64,000 nt of DNA, taken from sequence record MG655269.1, one strand, 5' to 3'. The notes under the pieces were generated by a model, which was given only the letters and a program-made list of their open reading frames with translations, ran no database searches and was not told the origin of the DNA. The position numbers and the translations under genes were made by a program. The first letter of the stretch is position 1. Each line of letters begins with the position of its first letter. Positions 27,296 to 35,485 of this stretch are shown in pieces.

Positions 27296-27835
27296 ATGTC
27301 TGACGTTATCGTTATTCCTCGTTTAAGTGTAGTAAAAGGCGGATCGTATCAGCAGGTCAGTGGCGGTGTGTTGGCGCAGCTGCGACTTATCCTTGGGCCG
27401 GATATCCGCAACGTTATACTGCATGGCGCCCAGCGCAGTCATGCTAAGTTGTTAGTGGATGCACTGCGGGCAGAGTACGAGCCCTTTGGTGTGACGCTGC
27501 AGTTCAATGCCAAGCCGTTGTATGACACGCTGGACATCAGCTGGCCAGACAGTGATGCGGTGACAATCCTAACCCTTCGCCCTGAAGAGTTTGATGTCGA
27601 AGCGCCGTTACGTCTGAGTCACGATACCCACATCGTGGTTATCAGCACCAAACCGATACTGACCACCCAACTGCTCAATCTCTACGACCATGCTGTCATG
27701 AGCGGTGTGCACGTTACATTGTTCACCACCGGGTATGTTCCAGCTGGGATCGTGTTGCTTGAGCCGTTGGAAGGGTTTGTTTATCAGCCGATGATTGACA
27801 ACGTTATCAAGACACGGGCGATGGCACACGTGTAA
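27296..27835 (+). CDS. hypothetical protein
   Basis: Start re-chosen at MSDVIVIP; RBS AGGTGG. Confidence 0.65.
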   Translation: MSDVIVIPRLSVVKGGSYQQVSGGVLAQLRLILGPDIRNVILHGAQRSHAKLLVDALRAEYEPFGVTLQFNAKPLYDTLDISWPDSDAVTILTLRPEEFDVEAPLRLSHDTHIVVISTKPILTTQLLNLYDHAVMSGVHVTLFTTGYVPAGIVLLEPLEGFVYQPMIDNVIKTRAMAHV

Positions 27836-27928
27836 TTGGCGACATAATCTGCTGTTTATATGTTAACCGGCCTCCTGGTTATTCCGGGAGGCTTTTATAG
27901 CAGCATTCATTTTTTATCGAGGTTGGGT

Positions 27929-28279
27929 ATGGTTGGTATTGGCTTATCTGTCTGCTTTCGTTTACGTGCAGAAGAAGTCGACCCTTTCTTGGTGGGGGTG
28001 TGTAATTACGATGTCCTGATCACCGAGGAACGGGTGCCCAGTTTATTGAAAGAGCTGGAGGGGATGTATAAGCGGGTGATGTATCGTTACGATCATCAGT
28101 GTGATTTCAAACTGGAAGGTAACCTGTTGGAGATCGTGTTGCCGTTTCATCCTAACCCGTTTGAAGGAAAGCTTGCACCGGCAATCACCGTGCGCATCCC
28201 TAAAGATGTGAACTATGCGGTGAACGGGTGTATGAAAGAAACCCATGAAGTGTTGTATCCGCTGACCAAAGCAGCTTAA
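27929..28279 (+). CDS. hypothetical protein
   Basis: RBS GAGG; start re-chosen downstream of a terminator-like hairpin at about 27870-27890. Confidence 0.6.
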   Translation: MVGIGLSVCFRLRAEEVDPFLVGVCNYDVLITEERVPSLLKELEGMYKRVMYRYDHQCDFKLEGNLLEIVLPFHPNPFEGKLAPAITVRIPKDVNYAVNGCMKETHEVLYPLTKAA

Positions 28280-28290
28280 AGAATTTATAA

Positions 28291-28310
28291 ACCTACATTA
28301 CTCTCGTGAT
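28291..28310 (+). promoter_or_regulatory. putative phage early promoter
   Basis: ACCTACATTAC-TCTC-GTGAT. Confidence 0.75.
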
Positions 28311-28338
28311 GTAAGATAATTAACTAAGTGGGTGCATT

Positions 28339-28956
28339 ATGGCCTGGAATGGGTATGTCCTGGAATTCTTGGGCAATGACCTCGGGAAGTATTACCTGGG
28401 AATCAGTAACATCGATGCTAAGCAGCAAGATGAGTTGATGCTTGCAGCATTGCGTGCCGGTGGTCCTGCGTTACCAGTAGAGATCCAAACAGCCTATAAA
28501 CAGATGGCTGAGAAAGAAGTCTTGCTGTTTACCCATGTTCCGTTTAATGCGGAGTACGCGGTTGTGGAAGCCTGGCAGAATGACCACATTCATGCACAGT
28601 CTCTGAAAGCACGTCGGTTTCGATTCCCGAGTCATCGACGAGAGACACTGTTCCAATGTATCAATGCCGAACAGATTGTCAGTAAGATAAAGCAATTGCG
28701 CAGTCGAGTGACCGTGCAAGCCGGTATCCGCTTTGATGGCTTTTATCATCCGCAGCTGATGATGACAGACCAACAATGGGTGCAGGAGCTGGAGATGCTC
28801 AATCAACTGCAATCGCTTTATTATTATCTGGGCGATTTCATTGAGTTCTTTGATGAAGAGTTCAAGGAGTTCAAAGGCACCGAAAGTGTCAAGGCGTTAC
28901 CGTACCGCAATCCGTATTTCATCAACTTAGGATTGCAGTTAAGTCAGATGTGTTAA
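28339..28956 (+). CDS. hypothetical protein
   Basis: 205-aa ORF directly after the promoter motif. Confidence 0.7.
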   Translation: MAWNGYVLEFLGNDLGKYYLGISNIDAKQQDELMLAALRAGGPALPVEIQTAYKQMAEKEVLLFTHVPFNAEYAVVEAWQNDHIHAQSLKARRFRFPSHRRETLFQCINAEQIVSKIKQLRSRVTVQAGIRFDGFYHPQLMMTDQQWVQELEMLNQLQSLYYYLGDFIEFFDEEFKEFKGTESVKALPYRNPYFINLGLQLSQMC

Positions 28957-29008
28957 CCCTCCTACCTTGGCCTATCATGGCCGCTTACTAAAGCAAAGAG
29001 AGATTACC

Positions 29009-29638
29009 ATGAATATCATCAACACTGTATGTGAACTGACCAACATCTCCATCGCCATCAGCATCACCCATGATGAGGAGGTGAACTCCACCCTGGTGGC
29101 ATTGGATATCAACAATGTCCCGTTCTTCAGCTACCAGTGGGGTCAGGTAACCAAAGGTCAGCGTAAAGTCCAGCTGGGTGCTACAAGCCATGGCCTGAGT
29201 GCGTTGTATCTGCACCTGCATCACAATGTCATCGACAGCCGTAACACCGACATCGCCCAGTGTTATCTCACCAACCGGGATGAGATCTTAGCCGTCGTGC
29301 GAGACCTGGGTGTGATCTTCAATGGCACTGAGTGGATTGAGAAACTCGATATCTCGCATTACCGTCTGGCAATCGAAGAGCAGTTCCCAGGGGAAACCAA
29401 AGCAGTGATGGTGCTGACCAGCAAGGGTGATGAACACCGTGCGGCGTACACTTTCACTGCTAACAATTTAGGTGACCTTATGGGGACCGGGATCAAGCGG
29501 GGTGAGACGGTGGTGTTAAGCGGACATAACAGCCGATTTGTTCACGACTACGCATCCACTGTAGTGCCGCCTCAGATCAGCGATGTTATCAGCAGTCATG
29601 CCGATACATTGAAAGCCCGTTTCCCGGCGTTAGTTTAA
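29009..29638 (+). CDS. hypothetical protein
   Basis: Start re-chosen at MNIINT. Confidence 0.7.
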   Translation: MNIINTVCELTNISIAISITHDEEVNSTLVALDINNVPFFSYQWGQVTKGQRKVQLGATSHGLSALYLHLHHNVIDSRNTDIAQCYLTNRDEILAVVRDLGVIFNGTEWIEKLDISHYRLAIEEQFPGETKAVMVLTSKGDEHRAAYTFTANNLGDLMGTGIKRGETVVLSGHNSRFVHDYASTVVPPQISDVISSHADTLKARFPALV

Positions 29639-29671
29639 TCTCCCCTTTTCCTTCTATTTAGAGAAACCGTT

Positions 29672-31285
29672 ATGCACATTCAAGATATGACTTTTCGCAT
29701 TCACACAACTATAAGTTCACGTGACGATCTGGATAACGTTGTTCGCCTGGTCAATCAAAATGATGAGGTGATTATTGAACACGCACTTCATGACGCCATG
29801 CTGCCTGTAATTTATCAAAATGATAAACTGGCTGCTGCGTATTTGGCGGTGGTTTACATGTACACCCGTGACATGCCAGAAGGACAAGGTGCGGCAAGCT
29901 ATGACTTCCATCGTACGGCCGGCATTATCCTGGATCAGTTTGTAGAAGACAGTAACCTGGGTGAGTTCGAAGCAGATGACTGGGGTCAGATTGAAGTGAT
30001 GGTACCCAACCTACCAGAAGGGGTGCGGGCCTTTGTACATACCACCGATGGGTCTGATGTGAACATCCGTATCTATCGCCAAGACCGCGGTCTGGTGAAT
30101 GAGCGTCTGTTTACCTACAGCGATGAAGAGACGGTTCCTTCTATTGAAGAGATGCTTGCGCAATGGGATGCTGATGTCGCTCCTACCGCAGATCCGGTAC
30201 AGGAAAACGCAGCCAGCATCTCGTTTGGTGACGTCTCCTTTATTTACACCCTGGACATGAGCAAGGAAGGGCGCGAGCAACGTAAAGCTATCATGCAGGT
30301 GGTAATTGGTGATCGCCTGGTGGCACAACATAAAGTCCATGAGAACACCCAACCGCTCATGTATTACATGATGGAAGTGTTCAACATGCTGGCGCTGCGC
30401 ATGACCGTGGGTCCGGTAGAAGGCATTAACGCTCAAGACCGGGTAACCTTACTGACGGCTATCAGCGGGTTTGTGGGCGGGCATTTAGCGATGCCAGATC
30501 AGGTGCAGATCGCAGAAGGTATGCAGTACATGCACGAAGGTGCGATCAGTGATGAGGTAACCTACATGGTTTCACATCAGTTGATTGCTGACAACCATCT
30601 GCGGGCGACCTACCAGTTCAATACCGTGGTCGATGAAACGATGCGTCGTTCAATCACCATGTGTGATGAAGTGAGCTACCTGGAAAACCCGATGAGTCCA
30701 CAGGCGTTCTTCAATGCGTATCAGGCAGACCTCAGCCGTGAGCTGAAACTGTCTCGGATGTTTGACATCGCAATGATTGCGGCCATCGATCGCGGTCAGG
30801 GTCTCGGTAAAGATAACGAACTGTTGTATCGTATCAAAGAAGACATGAAGTACTTCAAAGAGATGACACTGCATTCACCGGTGATCATGGGACGGAAAAC
30901 GTATGAGTCGTTACCGAATCCGTTGGTAGATCGCCTGAACATCGTTATCACTACCGCCCCGACCAACACCTATACCACCCGCTCAGGCGTGGTGTTCGTC
31001 AACAGCAAAGAAGAAGCCCTGCTGCACGCGAAGGGTTATCTGGCTGAACATGGCGGTGATAAGATCTGGATTATCGGGGGTGCGAGTATCTATGCTGCAT
31101 TCCTGCCGGATGCCAAAGAGATCCACCTGACCACCATCGGTACTGAACGTGAAGATGCTGATACGTTCTTCCCGGAAGTTGATCTGCGTCAGTTTAACGC
31201 TGCACGTCAGTTTGAAGAAGACCAGGTGTTCGAGCGTGAAGGTGAAACCTTTGGCTACAACCGTGTCATCCTGACCCGTAAGTAA
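29672..31285 (+). CDS. folA: fusion: about 365-aa unknown N-terminal region + C-terminal dihydrofolate reductase
   Basis: IAMIAAID..QGLG.DNEL...IKEDMKYFK..T...PVIMGRKTYESLP.PL.DRLNIVIT, IIGGASIY, DADTFFP. Confidence 0.88.
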   Translation: MHIQDMTFRIHTTISSRDDLDNVVRLVNQNDEVIIEHALHDAMLPVIYQNDKLAAAYLAVVYMYTRDMPEGQGAASYDFHRTAGIILDQFVEDSNLGEFEADDWGQIEVMVPNLPEGVRAFVHTTDGSDVNIRIYRQDRGLVNERLFTYSDEETVPSIEEMLAQWDADVAPTADPVQENAASISFGDVSFIYTLDMSKEGREQRKAIMQVVIGDRLVAQHKVHENTQPLMYYMMEVFNMLALRMTVGPVEGINAQDRVTLLTAISGFVGGHLAMPDQVQIAEGMQYMHEGAISDEVTYMVSHQLIADNHLRATYQFNTVVDETMRRSITMCDEVSYLENPMSPQAFFNAYQADLSRELKLSRMFDIAMIAAIDRGQGLGKDNELLYRIKEDMKYFKEMTLHSPVIMGRKTYESLPNPLVDRLNIVITTAPTNTYTTRSGVVFVNSKEEALLHAKGYLAEHGGDKIWIIGGASIYAAFLPDAKEIHLTTIGTEREDADTFFPEVDLRQFNAARQFEEDQVFEREGETFGYNRVILTRK

Positions 31286-31339
31286 TTTAACCCCCGGGGA
31301 GGCAACTCCCCATTCTTGTTTATAAAGGAAACATTTCTC

Positions 31340-31972
31340 ATGGCGATTGAAAAAGCAGCAGTACCGGCAAACGTAGTTGAAATCACTGGCAAGACCCTGG
31401 AACAAGCTCGTGGTGATATCCCGAACGCTATCATGTTACTGGACAGCAATACGGTCGATGTGCGCTACACCCCGGCATTCAATAAACTGCCTGCTGATCT
31501 GCAACACGTCATCCTGGTTGCACAGACCGGTAACCCGGTGATCTCATTAGAGCGCCCACTGGATGCGACCGGAAAGGTTGATGCGACCAACCCGAACATG
31601 GTGATTGCCGCGGCAGTCCAGCAAGATGGTCAACCACTGGGGATCTATCATCCAGCCTTGATGGGTCGTCTGCGTCAGATTCCAAATGGCTATCTGCTTT
31701 ATACTCACTATCACACTAATAGCAAAGCAGACTTCTCTTATCCGGCGTTTGAGAAAGCCTTGGCTGAATATTGCATGCTGGCGTTTGCGTTAGGTACGAA
31801 AGAGCAACCGGTGGTGATCAACATGCCCGGTTTGCAATGCGCCAATAGCTTCGTCTGGGAAGAGGTCAACGGTGAACGTGTCCCAACACTGAGCCCGCGT
31901 CATCTTGAGCGTGTGAAAGAAGTGATTGCTAACACCATGTTCGCCGGGTCAACGGTTTATCTGGTGTTGTGA
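31340..31972 (+). CDS. possible degenerate macro domain
   Basis: LLYTHY..ADFSYPAFEKAL..VINMPGLQC...WEEV..TVYL echoes the macro-domain LYTQY..DY.A..MP.IGCG..W pattern. Confidence 0.4.
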   Translation: MAIEKAAVPANVVEITGKTLEQARGDIPNAIMLLDSNTVDVRYTPAFNKLPADLQHVILVAQTGNPVISLERPLDATGKVDATNPNMVIAAAVQQDGQPLGIYHPALMGRLRQIPNGYLLYTHYHTNSKADFSYPAFEKALAEYCMLAFALGTKEQPVVINMPGLQCANSFVWEEVNGERVPTLSPRHLERVKEVIANTMFAGSTVYLVL

Positions 31973-32163
31973 TGAAAGCGTGTCCACTCTGTGCTTCATC
32001 GGCTAAGACCTACAAATACGCGTTAGTGTTCTGGGGTGTGCGTTGTACCAGCTGTATGCTGTTCCTCAAAGATATGAACACCTCTGAGGCAGCGGCTATT
32101 CGTCAGTGGGATACGCGCATTACCCCAGAAGAGAAAGCAGCAAAGAAACGCAAGAAAGCTTAA
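31969..32163 (+). CDS. Lar-family (restriction alleviation) Zn-finger protein
   Basis: KACPLC ... VRCTSC ... EAAAIRQWDTR. Confidence 0.7.
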   Translation: MMKACPLCASSAKTYKYALVFWGVRCTSCMLFLKDMNTSEAAAIRQWDTRITPEEKAAKKRKKA

Positions 32164-32184
32164 CCCCTGGATAAAGGAGTTGTC

Positions 32185-32499
32185 GTGCTGAAAAGAACAG
32201 TACTGAGTTTGGTCACCTGCTTTATGCTATCGGGCTGCGGAATGGCAGAATCCGAAGATGTACCGGTCAAATCGGTTGAGGGTGTTGTGATCAGCGATGA
32301 GGTCTGTCAAGTCGGTCAAAAGTGTGAGGCAGTGATTGCCCGCGATCAAACCGCCTGGACATACCAGATTGCAGAAGGGCCTTTTAAGAAAGGCACGGTG
32401 CTTTATAAAGCGTGTGCATATCACCGTACACACGAGCGCTGCAGTTCGGTCTGGTCACCCACTCCTGATCGGTTTATTCCGCCGGAGTCAAAGAACTAA
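32185..32499 (+). CDS. putative lipoprotein
   Basis: GTG start, RBS GGAG, lipobox LSGC. Confidence 0.7.
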   Translation: MLKRTVLSLVTCFMLSGCGMAESEDVPVKSVEGVVISDEVCQVGQKCEAVIARDQTAWTYQIAEGPFKKGTVLYKACAYHRTHERCSSVWSPTPDRFIPPESKN

Positions 32500-32559
32500 G
32501 TTGTAACCACGGCGTGTCATGCGCCGTTTTAATTTAACCCTGCTGTAAGGTAATTCACC

Positions 32560-33648
32560 ATGAAAGACTCAGAACACCAAGATACTACAATTGATAATGT
32601 CTCTCCGTATGCGGGGGAACTGGCGGACCTGATTGAAGAGTTTGTGGCAGACCGATTTACCTTAATGGATGATGCGGTTCTTGAATCCCTTTATGCCGAC
32701 TTACCGGATGTCACCTATTTGAAAGGTGTGGTAAAAGGCTTACGTCGAAACCTGATGCGACAGGCAGCATCGATCAATGTCGAAGACGCATACCCGAAAG
32801 TTATGCTGTTTAAAGAACAACCGTTAACCGCTGAGGATATCAAAGAGATTATCCAGGCCGATTGCCCGGACATGCCGGCGGATGAAGTTACACAAACCGT
32901 AACAGAAGTCATCACGGCAACTGATGAAGACGACGATGACGATAACAGCGAAGCGCTGCGTCTACGGGAAAGCAACAAACCGGAACATATCCCAAGCCTT
33001 GATGAACTGATGCAAGCGGAGGGGAAAGGTTGGGGTTCGGTGAGTGCGGTGGTCACACCCCCGCCAGTCATTGAACCTGCTCGTCCTGCAAGACCCTCAC
33101 GCGCTGAACGCTTTGGCACCTCAAACGTTGAGTTAGCTGAATTACTGAGCCAGGCCAAGCCGGGCAGTGTGTTCTCTGTTGACACCATTAAATCTGCAAA
33201 AGATAAAAACCTGGTGTTGGTGAAATCCCCCGAGACAAAACACTTTGAACCTCTGCGTTTGTTAGAACGTTCTGATCCGCAATATTACCAATACATGTGG
33301 CCAGCTTTATTCGAAGCCCTGGAGGCTGTGTTGAATGACACAAGCTTAACCGTGAATCGGATGCGTCGTCTGGATGAAGAGATGCTTGAGCGCTTTGGTG
33401 ATACCTTAGCTGCCGCGGTCACGACCATCCTGAGTATTGGTAATCACGATCTGTTGATTAAAGAGAACGTCAACTATTTCATGCAGCAGTGTAATGACCG
33501 TGGGTTGGATATCAAGCTCTATATGGGTGCCAAGGTTTATAAGCAAGGTCGCTGGACTGACACCTGGATCGACGCAGCATTACAAACCCCTAAAGGCAAG
33601 TTTATCTTTGGTACCCCGGAGGTGGATGTGGTATGGCAAGCGAAATGA
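32560..33648 (+). CDS. hypothetical protein
   Basis: 362-aa ORF with acidic/Pro linker. Confidence 0.75.
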   Translation: MKDSEHQDTTIDNVSPYAGELADLIEEFVADRFTLMDDAVLESLYADLPDVTYLKGVVKGLRRNLMRQAASINVEDAYPKVMLFKEQPLTAEDIKEIIQADCPDMPADEVTQTVTEVITATDEDDDDDNSEALRLRESNKPEHIPSLDELMQAEGKGWGSVSAVVTPPPVIEPARPARPSRAERFGTSNVELAELLSQAKPGSVFSVDTIKSAKDKNLVLVKSPETKHFEPLRLLERSDPQYYQYMWPALFEALEAVLNDTSLTVNRMRRLDEEMLERFGDTLAAAVTTILSIGNHDLLIKENVNYFMQQCNDRGLDIKLYMGAKVYKQGRWTDTWIDAALQTPKGKFIFGTPEVDVVWQAK

Positions 33649-33950
33649 TTGAATGGGAAAAGCTCTTTAACTCATTAAAGGCGATTGAACAAAGTGATCA
33701 GGTCTGTGACTTACCGACACGCAATCTGTCGGTCATGATGGCACAGCGGCGTCTCAAGGCAGGATTGCAACGCTCAGTGAAACGGGTGGATGCGATCATG
33801 AGTGCACAGGTACAAACCGATGAAGCGTACGATGAACTGATGCACCGACTGCAAGCGCTGGCATTACCTGTCACTGTGACGCGCTTTACCGGTGGGAAGT
33901 GGAATCATGGAGTGATCAGAACCAAGAAAGGTACGATCATGTATGGTTAG
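33633..33950 (+). CDS. hypothetical protein
   Basis: Operonic overlap with both neighbours. Confidence 0.6.
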   Translation: MASEMIEWEKLFNSLKAIEQSDQVCDLPTRNLSVMMAQRRLKAGLQRSVKRVDAIMSAQVQTDEAYDELMHRLQALALPVTVTRFTGGKWNHGVIRTKKGTIMYG

Positions 33951-34263
33951 AAATAACGTTGTCTCTATTTATAAACCGACGTTTCGTAAACGTCTCGCTG
34001 TCGACCCGATGGTACTCATCACCGAGTTGCAGCATGTCTTTACAGTGATTGAATTGTGTAAAGCATCTAACAAATATGACCATCGTTTGTATGGTAAATT
34101 GCTGAAAGATGAGGTACAATTAGTTCGTGACTGTGCAGCGGTGCTTGTACGACATGTGCAGACACCATCCATCGTGCAGATGTTGCAAACTGCAATTACC
34201 CACGAGAAGCCGGTTGAGTTGATTGCAGCCCGACACGGTGAGTTTTTACAATTGATAAATTAA
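33943..34263 (+). CDS. hypothetical protein
   Basis: Operonic overlap, RBS AAGG. Confidence 0.6.
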   Translation: MVRNNVVSIYKPTFRKRLAVDPMVLITELQHVFTVIELCKASNKYDHRLYGKLLKDEVQLVRDCAAVLVRHVQTPSIVQMLQTAITHEKPVELIAARHGEFLQLIN

Positions 34264-34289
34264 CCCCTGAGTATAAGGAAAATAAAAAT

Positions 34290-34580
34290 ATGGCTAAGAA
34301 GATTACCGCAGCAGCTTTAGAGAAAGACATCTTTGATCACGAAGGCATCCGTGTCATCTTCCGTGTACCAACTGGTAAGCGCATTGCTGAACAGAAATAC
34401 ACTGAAGTCTTCACGAATCGTTCGCCAAAGAACTACACGTTAAAAACCTTACGCGAACGCATTGTCCGTGTGGTGGGTGAGAACATTGAATTCTCCATCA
34501 TCACAGGTGGCGGTGAGATCGCAAACGGCAATTACAAGATCGGTAACTTACGCACCACCTACGAAGTAATCGAAGAGTAA
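34290..34580 (+). CDS. hypothetical protein
   Basis: RBS AAGGA; 96 aa. Confidence 0.7.
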   Translation: MAKKITAAALEKDIFDHEGIRVIFRVPTGKRIAEQKYTEVFTNRSPKNYTLKTLRERIVRVVGENIEFSIITGGGEIANGNYKIGNLRTTYEVIEE

Positions 34581-34584
34581 TAGA

Positions 34585-34627
34585 CGGCATAAGAGGAGGA
34601 GCGTTTGCTCCTCCTCTGTTTATGCTG
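34585..34627. terminator. bidirectional terminator with TTATGC motif on both strands
   Basis: CGGCATAA-[AGAGGAGGAGC-GTTT-GCTCCTCCTCT]-GTTTATGCTG between convergent genes. Confidence 0.85.
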
Positions 34628-34636
34628 CTTTTTTTT

Positions 34637-35476
34637 TTATCCTGCGACCACAGTCTGGTCGGCAGTTAATGCAGAAGGGAAGCTTCGACCTTTACCCCAG
34701 ATGATACGAATCCCGCCTGTACCTGGCGTGTAACCAGAACCCATCCCGGCACCACCACCGTATCGTCCACCGGTGCCGCCATTTGCGGCGGTGCCTGCAG
34801 ACCCGGCTTTACCAAACTGCGTAATTGTACCGCCTGCTCCGGACGTGCTACCGATTGAGATATCCCCACTGGCACCTTCGCCGTAGAGACCAACACCCCC
34901 ACCACCGGCGCCATAGCGGTTACCGTTGTAAGACCAACCAGCACCACCGCCACCGCCACCTCCTTTACCGGCCTGACCGTCCACTGTAGGACAGCCACCC
35001 ATTCCGCCATCACCGGAGTAGCCACCTGCGCCACCGCCACCGTTATTGGTGCCGGCAGTCTGCCCGCCTAACCCACCATTTCCACCACCGAGGAGAGGTA
35101 GATTAATGGGAGTGCTGGTACTGGTCGAATCACCACCCCTGGCTAGCAACAAGACTGTATTACCTCTTAAGAGTTTACTGTCGTTGCCGGTCATGTCACC
35201 AACGACCAGGGTCAGAACTTCACCCGGGGTCACTTTCAAACGGTTGACATAACGTAGATCACCACCACGCGCACCGATATGAGGCGTACCGGTAAGTCCT
35301 TTGCCACCCGAGCCAACAGCCACAGCACAGATATCAAACACACCGGCAGGTACCGTCCAAGAGGTGGTCCCGCTGGTTGCAAATATCTGCTGACCCACCG
35401 CAGTGGTGTCACTATCCGGTAACGGACCTCCTCCGGATACTGGTCGGTAACTTGAGTTCAGTAACAGTTCAAACAC
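34637..35476 (-). CDS. glycine-rich putative virion/tail-associated protein (MFELL family)
   Basis: GTG start giving MFELLL; WTVPAGV, GGDLRY, TPGEVL, GGIRIIWG.GRSFP; close paralog of 21779..22561. Confidence 0.8.
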   Translation of the reverse strand: MFELLLNSSYRPVSGGGPLPDSDTTAVGQQIFATSGTTSWTVPAGVFDICAVAVGSGGKGLTGTPHIGARGGDLRYVNRLKVTPGEVLTLVVGDMTGNDSKLLRGNTVLLLARGGDSTSTSTPINLPLLGGGNGGLGGQTAGTNNGGGGAGGYSGDGGMGGCPTVDGQAGKGGGGGGGAGWSYNGNRYGAGGGGVGLYGEGASGDISIGSTSGAGGTITQFGKAGSAGTAANGGTGGRYGGGAGMGSGYTPGTGGIRIIWGKGRSFPSALTADQTVVAG

Positions 35477-35485
35477 GGTAACTCC

